Below the pieces are notes generated by a model that made no database searches, was not told the origin of the DNA, and worked only from the letters and a program-made list of their open reading frames with translations. Below are positions 17,416-24,856 of a stretch of 26,364 nucleotides of DNA, piece after piece. The stretch comes from a virus (Duplodnaviria; Caudoviricetes). Position 1 is the stretch's first letter, and the number at the start of each line of letters is the position of its first letter. Location of the stretch: IMG/VR virus record IMGVR_UViG_3300020045_008955, positions 1 through 26,364 of that record; one strand, 5' to 3'. Made by a program: the position numbers and the translations under genes.

Positions 17416-17701
17416 ACCCATATTTTACAAAATTCTTAAAATTAATCTCTGGTTTCTTATCGACCATCCCTCTCCCAAGTTCATAATCATAATACTCAAA
17501 CAATTTCTTGCGTGTAGCATTATATTTTAGGGTTTCAATCATTCTGTCTAGACTAAAATAATAATCGCCAATTGAAATACAACCTCCAATTTCATCACTG
17601 ATCCATTCCGAATAAGAAGTTTTTCCAAAGTATTTTGCTACGAATCTATTTGCTATTGCTTGCGTTGCCGTTTCCCAGTTTTTTACTAATTCTTTACTCA
17701 T
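17393..17701 (-). CDS. Hypothetical phage protein
   Basis: 102 aa ORF abutting the upstream gene. Confidence 0.7.
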   Translation of the reverse strand: MSKELVKNWETATQAIANRFVAKYFGKTSYSEWISDEIGGCISIGDYYFSLDRMIETLKYNATRKKLFEYYDYELGRGMVDKKPEINFKNFVKYGFISSSSS

Positions 17702-19285
17702 TTATTTCTCCTTTTCCATAGTGTATCTATTCCCACAGGCACAAAAGTTAGTAATGGAACAAGTGCAGACTGCCTTTCCTGGGATAGCATAATCTTTTGG
17801 ATTCTCAAGTCTCTCGATTCTTTTCTTTAGCTCTAATCTCTTTAACTTTTCTACTTCGTAGTCATTGATGAAATCGGTTAGTGTGCAGACTTCTTTAATT
17901 CGGCTGTCGTTAATTTCTAATAGAATATTAGTATTTGTCATTTTAAACCTTTTCAAGGCCGCCACATATTCTGCTGGCAATATATCTCCGTCAGTCCACC
18001 TAATATAAAGATTACAACTATTCGCTAGCAACTCACTTACTGGTTTCCATAGAGGTTTAGGCTTATCTTTGATCAACTCACTTGAAGCATTACTAGTATT
18101 GAAGATATCGGCTTTTTTATTATCAAAAACAGGCTCTTTGATCAGTGGTTTTGTTATTATTTTTACCGCTTCATTTCTGCGATTTTCTATGGATCGCAAA
18201 GTTTCTTCATAATATTTATTTCCCACTTCTAAAGATTGAGTTTGACGACCAGCATCAAACCCATTGCAATAAGCCAAATCAATAGTTGCATCTATTTTAT
18301 CTTGTTTTTCCTTGGTATCTTCCCCTATATCACAATCACCCCATCCTTCAAGAGCTTCTTCAACTGAATTGCATTTGATTAAACCTTTGCCTTCTTGGCT
18401 ATTTCTTAGAGTTCTGGCAGTTAATTCATTTATATTAGAATCATCCTTTTTTGGTATAATAGAATCTTCCATAGATTTGCGTCTTGAATTATCCTCTTCA
18501 TCAGACACAATTGGTTTTGTGTCTCGTGGAGCATCCAGAGCGTTAAGGAGGTTTTGGACAAAATAAGAAAGGTTAAAATAACTTGTTGACCAACTATCTG
18601 TCCACACATCTTTATCAGGGGCATTTTTAAGAACAAATTTTATATGTTTCCTCAACTCCTCTTTAGCTTTCTCAATCTGTGCATTATTTGCACTAACTTC
18701 AACTTTATAATTAGCGTCTGGCATAGGATTTTTAAAGTGATGCCATTTTCCTTCTTGCATTTCCTTCTCTGTTTCTACTGGTTTATTGCTATTGTCTTGG
18801 TCTGGGAGTTCTTCAAAATAATCAAAAAAAGTTTTCAAAGCTATTGAAGAATATACGCCTTTTGGGTAAACTCTGCCATTCTCTATATGACGAACTTTTA
18901 AAATAGATTTTCCACTTCCATAATCATTTAAACTAATATATCTCCTCCCAACCACCGGCATTTTCAGTTGTAAAGGATTACTTGACAACTCATCTTCTCT
19001 AGCAACACACTCATCAAGAGCTGAGTTGCTAGAGATTTCTGGCTCTACTTCTTCAAAATTATATTCTTTGATGAATTTATCAAATTCTGATAATGCTTCT
19101 ATAGTATGAAATATATAATCTTGTCGCTCAGCACTGGAAAAATCAGGAAAATCAATTTGCGCCTCTTTTAACGGATTAAAAGTAATATAATAACCTTTTT
19201 CCCTCATATCTACGAATGCTGCGTGATGGGTTACCGCATTAGATTTGCTATCTTTTTTACGATAATATTTTATAAAATTACTCAT
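17702..19285 (-). CDS. Large mosaic hypothetical protein (527 aa) with a DinJ/RelB-like segment
   Basis: Long ORF of short modules joined by charged linkers; C-terminal Cys cluster 'CTCSITNFCACG'. Confidence 0.75.
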   Translation of the reverse strand: MSNFIKYYRKKDSKSNAVTHHAAFVDMREKGYYITFNPLKEAQIDFPDFSSAERQDYIFHTIEALSEFDKFIKEYNFEEVEPEISSNSALDECVAREDELSSNPLQLKMPVVGRRYISLNDYGSGKSILKVRHIENGRVYPKGVYSSIALKTFFDYFEELPDQDNSNKPVETEKEMQEGKWHHFKNPMPDANYKVEVSANNAQIEKAKEELRKHIKFVLKNAPDKDVWTDSWSTSYFNLSYFVQNLLNALDAPRDTKPIVSDEEDNSRRKSMEDSIIPKKDDSNINELTARTLRNSQEGKGLIKCNSVEEALEGWGDCDIGEDTKEKQDKIDATIDLAYCNGFDAGRQTQSLEVGNKYYEETLRSIENRRNEAVKIITKPLIKEPVFDNKKADIFNTSNASSELIKDKPKPLWKPVSELLANSCNLYIRWTDGDILPAEYVAALKRFKMTNTNILLEINDSRIKEVCTLTDFINDYEVEKLKRLELKKRIERLENPKDYAIPGKAVCTCSITNFCACGNRYTMEKEK

Positions 19286-19466
19286 TGTTTCTTAATAAAG
19301 TTTTTAAATCATTATTTTCTTGCAACAGCAAACCAATCACATTGATAAATCTTTCCGCCAATTGCCTCTCTATCATTTTTGTTTCTCCCATATCTTTGTA
19401 AGGAAATAGAAATGGACGAGCCATTGCGATCAATTCTTCAATCTCATTTTTAATATCTTCTTTCAT
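19278..19466 (-). CDS. Hypothetical protein
   Basis: 62 aa, overlaps start of the next gene. Confidence 0.55.
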   Translation of the reverse strand: MKEDIKNEIEELIAMARPFLFPYKDMGETKMIERQLAERFINVIGLLLQENNDLKTLLRNNE

Positions 19467-19502
19467 ACTTAATTATTTTATTTCTACATTATATTAATAA
19501 TA

Positions 19503-19522
19503 AAGCCTCTTAATGAAGGCTT
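19503..19522 (-). terminator. Possible weak intrinsic terminator hairpin
   Basis: AAGCCT/AGGCTT inverted repeat just after the stop of the 176 aa gene, followed on the - strand by TATTATT. Confidence 0.35.
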
Positions 19523-19525
19523 GGT

Positions 19526-20056
19526 TTATAAACATTTTTTAAGGTATCTCAACATTTTTTTCTCAGAAATTTCACCATCCCAATCACCCCCTATTTTTCT
19601 ACAAAAAATCTCTTCTCCATCTATTGCCATCCCGACATCATTAGTTGGTTGTATTGATTTTGTTATTGTGAGATAACCCCATCTATATCTAACATATAGC
19701 ATATGACCGCTTTCTAAATCTATCTCCCATTGAGCGGGTCGCCAATGGCAGGTTTGGCGAATATCTTTAATTGCCAACTCTTTTATTGATTTTTTTAATC
19801 TCAAAAATTCTTCCTTACGCTTTATTTGCTGTTGATCAGATTTAACTGCCGGCGCTTTTATTTCTGATTTAATTCTTTCTTTAATTAATTTTTCATATTT
19901 ATTCATTTGTTTTTTCGAAATCCTAATTTCTTTTATAGAGTCGCCTTTATCTTCTTCTATTGTTTTCATCAACCGCTTATCGTTCATTAGATATTCAGTC
20001 TCATCCATCCCAACGCCGAATTTCTGATAAATCCAAATTCTTAGTCTTTTTATCAT
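19526..20056 (-). CDS. Hypothetical protein with YefM/Phd-like N-terminal segment
   Basis: 176 aa; 'MDETEYLMNDKRLMKTIEE' near N-terminus and a 'QTC...PAQWE......LYVRYRWGYL' phage-type domain. Confidence 0.7.
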   Translation of the reverse strand: MIKRLRIWIYQKFGVGMDETEYLMNDKRLMKTIEEDKGDSIKEIRISKKQMNKYEKLIKERIKSEIKAPAVKSDQQQIKRKEEFLRLKKSIKELAIKDIRQTCHWRPAQWEIDLESGHMLYVRYRWGYLTITKSIQPTNDVGMAIDGEEIFCRKIGGDWDGEISEKKMLRYLKKCL

Positions 20057-20475
20057 AAATTACCCGCTCCTTTCTTTAAAAACCAAATAAAATTCTCAAA
20101 ATCATTAACACTTGAACAAACTGCAAACGATATTCTCATTGGCTTTATATATTCATCGTGAAAGTTAATTTGATCTTCGCTCATCCCTTTTGATTTGGTT
20201 TCAATGCCTTTTTTTGTTCTGTGAACTGACGGCGATTTAACTTCAATATAAGCAATTTTTCCGTCATAAATCAAGGTTAAATCTGGTATTCCAGCTTTTC
20301 GCCCCATTCGTTTATAAATTGATCCAGTTGCCAAGCCTTTGTTTTCGTTTCGGTTTGAGTATAAAACGCATAATTTGGACAATTGCCGGTAAAAAACCAA
20401 TTCATTAAACCGTTTTACTATTGCTTCTTGTATTTTTGCTTCTTCAAATTTAGCCATTGTTTGGTTATTGTCCAA
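20053..20475 (-). CDS. VRR-NUC family PD-(D/E)xK nuclease (Holliday junction resolvase-like)
   Basis: 'EAKIQ', 'KRMGRKAGIPDL', 'YIEVKS' and 'MSEDQ..F' motifs. Confidence 0.85.
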   Translation of the reverse strand: MDNNQTMAKFEEAKIQEAIVKRFNELVFYRQLSKLCVLYSNRNENKGLATGSIYKRMGRKAGIPDLTLIYDGKIAYIEVKSPSVHRTKKGIETKSKGMSEDQINFHDEYIKPMRISFAVCSSVNDFENFIWFLKKGAGNL

Positions 20476-20911
20476 GTTCCGTTAATATATTCATCGCAAA
20501 TTCATCAGTTGTAATACCATCTTCTCCTTTTATGGGAAAAACATAACCATCACAATTGCAGCGTTCAATTATTTTTAATCCATTGATTGCAATTTCCAAC
20601 TGCTCTTTCAGTTTTTCATTCTCTGCTCGTAATTTATCAATTAAAGAAGCTGCTTCTTTCTTTTTTGATCTCCACGAGTCAAGCCAAATTTGACTTGACA
20701 TCATTTCTGAGTGTAAACATCCGCAACTTTTAGTAGTGCCATTAGTAACATTTTGTTTGTGTAAAATTTTTTCTTTACCGCAATCACATTTGAAGAGCCA
20801 AAGTGGTTTTTTAGTATCAATATGTTCAATCTTAACCCGTCTTACAGCTTTTAAACGACTATATTTAATGCCCTCAATATTAACTTCTCTTTTTTTGGGT
20901 TCTCTTGTCAT
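20465..20911 (-). CDS. Protein with HNH/AP2-associated N-terminal Zn-binding module but no nuclease domain
   Basis: 'G.KY.RL', 'WLFKCDCGKEK' and 'G.TKSCGCL' motifs followed by a coiled coil. Confidence 0.65.
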   Translation of the reverse strand: MTREPKKREVNIEGIKYSRLKAVRRVKIEHIDTKKPLWLFKCDCGKEKILHKQNVTNGTTKSCGCLHSEMMSSQIWLDSWRSKKKEAASLIDKLRAENEKLKEQLEIAINGLKIIERCNCDGYVFPIKGEDGITTDEFAMNILTELGQ

Positions 20912-20934
20912 AAATCTATAAGTTAAAGTTAAAT

Positions 20935-21384
20935 CTAAAATGGGATGTTATCATCAGGAAAATCATCATCCGGCATTCCAGCGGAAATCTCATCAAAACT
21001 TTTAGCCTCTGATTTTTCGTGAAAAGATGCGACTGGTTTATTTTCCTTACTATCCAGCAAAGTAATCTTCCCATCAAAATCCAGCACAATTTCAGTTATG
21101 TAGCGTTTTTCACCACTTTTTTTATCGTCATAGCTTCTAGTTTTAACTTTGCCTCTGACAAGTAGCTTAGAGCCCTTTTTGATATAACTTTTGCACAAAG
21201 AAACTAGATGGGGTTGATAAATTACTAATTTATGCCAATCGGTAATTTCTTTTTTCTCGCCGGTAGTTTTGTCTTTCCAAGATTCGGTTGTGGCTAAGGA
21301 TAGCAACGCTATTTCTCTGCCGTCTTGGGTTGTTTTGATTTCTGGCTCTTTGCCACAAAATCCTAGTAGATTTACTTCGTTCAT
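20935..21384 (-). CDS. ssb: Single-stranded DNA-binding protein
   Basis: 'NEVNLLG..GKEPE', 'SLATTESWKDKTTGEKKEITDWH', 'YIKKGSK..V.G...TR', acidic tail ending 'DDNIPF'. Confidence 0.97.
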   Translation of the reverse strand: MNEVNLLGFCGKEPEIKTTQDGREIALLSLATTESWKDKTTGEKKEITDWHKLVIYQPHLVSLCKSYIKKGSKLLVRGKVKTRSYDDKKSGEKRYITEIVLDFDGKITLLDSKENKPVASFHEKSEAKSFDEISAGMPDDDFPDDNIPF

Positions 21385-21675
21385 TTATAATTCCTTTATT
21401 TTTAATATTGCTTCTTGTCTTTCTTGCCTAACTATATAAGCAGCTTTTTCAATCGCGTTCTCAATTAAACATTTATCTTCATCGCTCATTTTTCTATAGT
21501 CTTCTGGATGGCTAAATTTTATATCAGCTGCTTTAATGCCCAAATCCTTATCAATTTTTCTGGTATCTGGAATTGCCATAATCAGCTTGATTGCATCTTG
21601 AATAGCATCCAAAGTAATAGGTTTTGGTAATTGGCTAGTTGAAGTGCAAATATTTAAATGATCTTTATCTGTCAT
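21385..21675 (-). CDS. Hypothetical protein
   Basis: 96 aa ORF abutting ssb. Confidence 0.6.
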   Translation of the reverse strand: MTDKDHLNICTSTSQLPKPITLDAIQDAIKLIMAIPDTRKIDKDLGIKAADIKFSHPEDYRKMSDEDKCLIENAIEKAAYIVRQERQEAILKIKEL

Positions 21676-21708
21676 AGTTATTTTATAAAAATTGATATTA
21701 TTGTAAAT

Positions 21709-21975
21709 TTATTCCATCCCCAAAGCTGATTTATAAGTTTCCAAAAGATATTCTTGCTCGTCCAATTTAGCCTTATCAATCTTCCTGATCTTAATAATTG
21801 CCTTGATAGTTTTAACATCAAAACCATTAGACTTAGCGTTGTCAAAAATTTCTTTCTGGCTTTCCTTTAAGTCTTTGATTTGGTCTTCATACATTTCAAT
21901 TCCTTCTATGTAGCTTTTTAGAAGTTTGGCGGTGTCTTGGTTGATTTTGGAGTTGTGCCCTATGTTGTTTGTCAT
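21709..21975 (-). CDS. gapR: GapR / DUF2312 nucleoid-associated DNA-binding protein
   Basis: 'IGHNS', 'LKSYIEGIE', 'AKSNGFDVKTIKAIIKIRK' and 'EQEYLLETYKSALGM' match the family. Confidence 0.9.
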   Translation of the reverse strand: MTNNIGHNSKINQDTAKLLKSYIEGIEMYEDQIKDLKESQKEIFDNAKSNGFDVKTIKAIIKIRKIDKAKLDEQEYLLETYKSALGME

Positions 21976-21976
21976 T

Positions 21977-22414
21977 TTAGTTAGTTTTAGTTGTTAAAAG
22001 TTCAGGGTTTTCCCACTGGTTGCCAATTACCTCAATATGACTTGAGGAAAAAGTGAACATTGTATCTTTTGGGGGATAAGAACATTCAAATCTAGTTCCT
22101 CGCCATTCAATCAAACAAATATATTCATTAGGACTAGCTGGAAGAATCCCTCCGATTGTTTGCTTCCATTTTACAATATCGCCTTCATAAATCTCTTTAC
22201 CATTTTTATCATTTAAGCCTGTGTATTGCATAATCTTATAAGTCTCTTTTTTAAAATATTCATAAGAACAATCAACAGAATATTGCCCAGTCTGATTTAA
22301 TCCTTGACGAGCAAAAATCTGCAATCCGCCATAAATATCAATAGCAAAAGCTGATAAATCTGGCAACATTTCACCACTAATCCAAGCTCTAAATTTTATC
22401 TCTCTATTACTCAT
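21977..22414 (-). CDS. YopX family protein
   Basis: 'REIKFRAW', 'MQYTGLNDKNGKEIYEGDIV', 'EVIGNQWENPELL'; preceded by a clear AAGGAG Shine-Dalgarno. Confidence 0.93.
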   Translation of the reverse strand: MSNREIKFRAWISGEMLPDLSAFAIDIYGGLQIFARQGLNQTGQYSVDCSYEYFKKETYKIMQYTGLNDKNGKEIYEGDIVKWKQTIGGILPASPNEYICLIEWRGTRFECSYPPKDTMFTFSSSHIEVIGNQWENPELLTTKTN

Positions 22415-22439
22415 ATTTTCTAACTCCTTAAATTATAAA

Positions 22440-22894
22440 TTAATCGGTATTCCCGATTTTGTTAAACATATCGAATTCGACATCTTTAAACTTTAAACAG
22501 CCAGTCTTTAACTAGTATTATCTGGCTGCCGATTCATCCCTTACCATTACTAAGGATAGTCTAAGATCACTTCTGGATTTCCCCAGATTGAAAATGGGCG
22601 ATCATATAAAAATTAACCACCACCAAATCTAGCTGGGTGAACCCAAACTTATATTGTTAAGAATTCCACTTAACGACCGACTGTCCAAAAGGGCAGTTGC
22701 TCTCTCTGAGCTAAATATATGATCTGGTGATGGCCTTATCTATACTAGTCAGTGCCAATATAGACTGCTCTTTTCAGAGACTAACTTGGACGGAACCTAC
22801 CTTAAGGAGTTACGCCAAATATTCTTTAAACATCTCCACTTTTACTTCTGATAGTTGCAAAAAAGTGTAAAGGCAAAGCCCTTTCGGGATTTGG
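22440..22894 (-). ncRNA. Candidate ~455-nt structured non-coding RNA
   Basis: ORF-free, GC-richer gap packed with hairpins; three GAAA-loop stems and G-U pairs that work only on the - strand. Confidence 0.6.
22649..22720 (-). tRNA. Degenerate tRNA-like cloverleaf (pseudo-tRNA; anticodon ambiguous, UUU or UUG)
   Basis: TATATT/AATATA acceptor, TA-GCTC-AGAGA-GAGC D arm, ACTG/CAGT anticodon stem around CCCTTTTGGA, CGGTC variable loop, GTTAAG/CTTAAC T stem. Lacks TTC loop, D-loop GG and CCA. Confidence 0.55.
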
Positions 22895-23236
22895 TTAGCG
22901 ACCAAATTTGCCAAAATCTAGCCATTCATCTTTTAAAAAATGTCCAATTGCGTGAACTTTATTCCAAGAGCTTTGAACTCGGATATTTTTGCCTTTTAAA
23001 TCTTCCCATTTTTCAACGCCAACAACTTTCATTAGTTGCATAATCATTTCCATACCAAGAGCTGATCCAACTCTTTTCTTTTGGGTTTCATCATATTGAT
23101 CTAAAGCATATCCACCAGCTCCTTGATTTAGATTACCATAATCCAAATTTAGATTAAATGTCATAATTCCGTGATCTTCAACCCCTAGCATTGTGCTATT
23201 GATTGTTGCATTTCTGATTTCAATTTTTTCTTCCAT
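22895..23236 (-). CDS. Conserved-looking hypothetical phage protein
   Basis: 113 aa; 'NATI.STMLGVEDHGIMT...QG.GGYALD...VVGVEKWEDLKGK.IRV'. Confidence 0.75.
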   Translation of the reverse strand: MEEKIEIRNATINSTMLGVEDHGIMTFNLNLDYGNLNQGAGGYALDQYDETQKKRVGSALGMEMIMQLMKVVGVEKWEDLKGKNIRVQSSWNKVHAIGHFLKDEWLDFGKFGR

Positions 23237-23275
23237 AATCTCTAATGTTTAATTGTTAATAAAAAGTAGTTAAGG

Positions 23276-23641
23276 TTAATTCTCTGTTAGAGGGGTGAAA
23301 AAATGCTTTCCATCTCGTTTTATGATTTCCATATTGTTAAATTCTTGGTTTATCAAACCTATTCCACTTGTAGAATTCCATAATTTATGAATGTTGCAAA
23401 CAAAAAATCCAAAAGTTTTATCAAATCCATTATCACCTTCTTTCGGATTAAAGATTGCTTCTGATTCTGGGTCGACATAATATTTTTCTCCTTTTTTAAA
23501 ATCTCCATAAGCATAATTATCAACATCTACTAAAATATCTTTTTTCCAATATTTATTTCCTTGTTCTGTTACCAATTCAACGCCAAACTCTTTCATCATA
23601 TAAAGAGCTTTAATGGGGCAGTCAAAATACATTCTAGCCAT
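23276..23641 (-). CDS. Hypothetical protein
   Basis: 121 aa ORF in the - strand array. Confidence 0.7.
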   Translation of the reverse strand: MARMYFDCPIKALYMMKEFGVELVTEQGNKYWKKDILVDVDNYAYGDFKKGEKYYVDPESEAIFNPKEGDNGFDKTFGFFVCNIHKLWNSTSGIGLINQEFNNMEIIKRDGKHFFTPLTEN

Positions 23642-23646
23642 ATAAT

Positions 23647-23736
23647 CTATTGTTTGTTGTTAATAGGAGCTGGAGGCAATTCCATCCAATGCGTAGGATT
23701 ATCATTTTCATCGTGATTTAATTTTATCCATTCCAT
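23647..23736 (-). pseudogene. Internally deleted DUF551-like minigene (29 aa)
   Basis: MEWIKLNHDENDNPTHWMELPPAPINNKQ keeps both terminal DUF551 motifs (MEWI; THWM.LP) with no core. Confidence 0.55.
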
Positions 23737-23741
23737 ATTTG

Positions 23742-23820
23742 TTATTGCTCTATTAGTTTATTGATTTCAATTAAAGCTTTTTTTGCACAATCAGAGGAAA
23801 ATTCACCATTACAAATATTA
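23742..23820 (-). pseudogene. 3' remnant of a phage gene interrupted by the IS
   Basis: Start-less frame ...NICNGEFSSDCAKKALIEINKLIEQ* runs from the IS end and stops 5 nt before the next ATG. Confidence 0.5.
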
Positions 23821-23862
23821 GGGAATTATATATTTGACTAGCCAGATAAATTATAAAATTAC

Positions 23863-23891
23863 TTGACTACCCATTAAGAACTTTTTAAAAT
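23863..23891 (+). promoter_or_regulatory. Candidate sigma70 promoter for transposase-bstA
   Basis: TTGACT (23863-23868), 17 bp, TAAAAT (23886-23891), 35 nt before ATG 23927. Confidence 0.6.
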
Positions 23892-23926
23892 ACTCTTATT
23901 AATTTAAGAAAATTTAAAAAGTCTCT

Positions 23927-24856
23927 ATGAAAAACGAAAACAAATCAATAAAAGAATTCAGCGTTTATGACTTCTTCGCAATGTTTCCAAGCGAAGAATC
24001 TGCAAGGCTTCACTTTGAAAAACAACGCTGGAATAATAAGCCAGAATGTCCTCATTGTTCAAGTTTAAATATTCAAGAATGCGTTAATCACCAACCAATG
24101 CCTTACCGTTGCCGTGATTGCAGAAAACATTTTAGCGTTCGCACAAATACAATCCTTTCGGAATCAAAATTACCTCTTCAAAAATGGTTGTTAGCAATGT
24201 ATATCTTAACAACATCTAAAAAAGGTTTTTCAAGCATCCAACTAGCAAAACATCTTGGTTGCACTCAAAAAACAGCTTGGTTTTTAGCTCACAGAATTAG
24301 AAAAACTTGGGAGCAAAACAAAGATAAATTAAACGGAACTGTTGAGATTGATGAGACTTATATTGGTGGTAAAGAGAAAAACAAGCACACCAACAAAAAA
24401 CTTGACGCTGGCAGAGGTGCGGTTGGCAAAGCTCCTGTTTTTGGAATGCTAAAAAGAGAAGGTGGGGTTAAGGCTTTTGTAGTTGAAAAAACTGATAGCC
24501 AAACTCTACATAGCGAGATTAGAAACAATATTGAAGCGGGAAGTGTTGTTTATACTGACTGCTACAAATCTTATAATAAACTTACTGGCTTTAAACACCA
24601 AAAAGTTAAACATAGCGTAAAAGAATATGTAAGAGGTCAAGCTCACACTAACGGCATAGAATCATTTTGGGCTTTGCTAAAAAGAGGATATTATGGAATT
24701 TATCACCATATGAGCCATAAGCATTTACAACGCTATGTAAATGAATTTGCTACGAGATTTAACAATAATTCGCTTGATACAATGACTGTAATTAACAACA
24801 GTATTGTTGCAGGAATTGGATTGAGATTAACCTATAACAATTTGACAAATGCCTAA
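23927..24856 (+). CDS. IS1595-family (ISXO2-like) DDE transposase
   Basis: Zn ribbon CPHC...CRDC, HTH 'SSIQLAKHLGCTQKTAWF', 'VEIDETYIGG', 'VYTD', 'HTNGIESFWALLKRG' and 'HLQRYVNEFATRFN'. Confidence 0.96.
   Translation: MKNENKSIKEFSVYDFFAMFPSEESARLHFEKQRWNNKPECPHCSSLNIQECVNHQPMPYRCRDCRKHFSVRTNTILSESKLPLQKWLLAMYILTTSKKGFSSIQLAKHLGCTQKTAWFLAHRIRKTWEQNKDKLNGTVEIDETYIGGKEKNKHTNKKLDAGRGAVGKAPVFGMLKREGGVKAFVVEKTDSQTLHSEIRNNIEAGSVVYTDCYKSYNKLTGFKHQKVKHSVKEYVRGQAHTNGIESFWALLKRGYYGIYHHMSHKHLQRYVNEFATRFNNNSLDTMTVINNSIVAGIGLRLTYNNLTNA

Noticed and set aside
20465-20911. HNH homing endonuclease
   Set aside because: Only the N-terminal Cys module is present; no HNH catalytic motif follows.
21110-22380. 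TCACCAC matches at about 21110 and 22371
   Set aside because: Antisense within ssb and yopX coding sequence, without a convincing stem closing a 7-nt loop.
22649-22720. Functional tRNA-Lys or tRNA-Gln
   Set aside because: Missing TTC loop, D-loop GG and CCA, with an irregular anticodon arm; kept only as tRNA-like.
22855-23043. 62 aa + strand ORF and other short counter-strand ORFs in the - strand array
   Set aside because: Overlap better-supported genes on the opposite strand, have alternative starts and no motifs.
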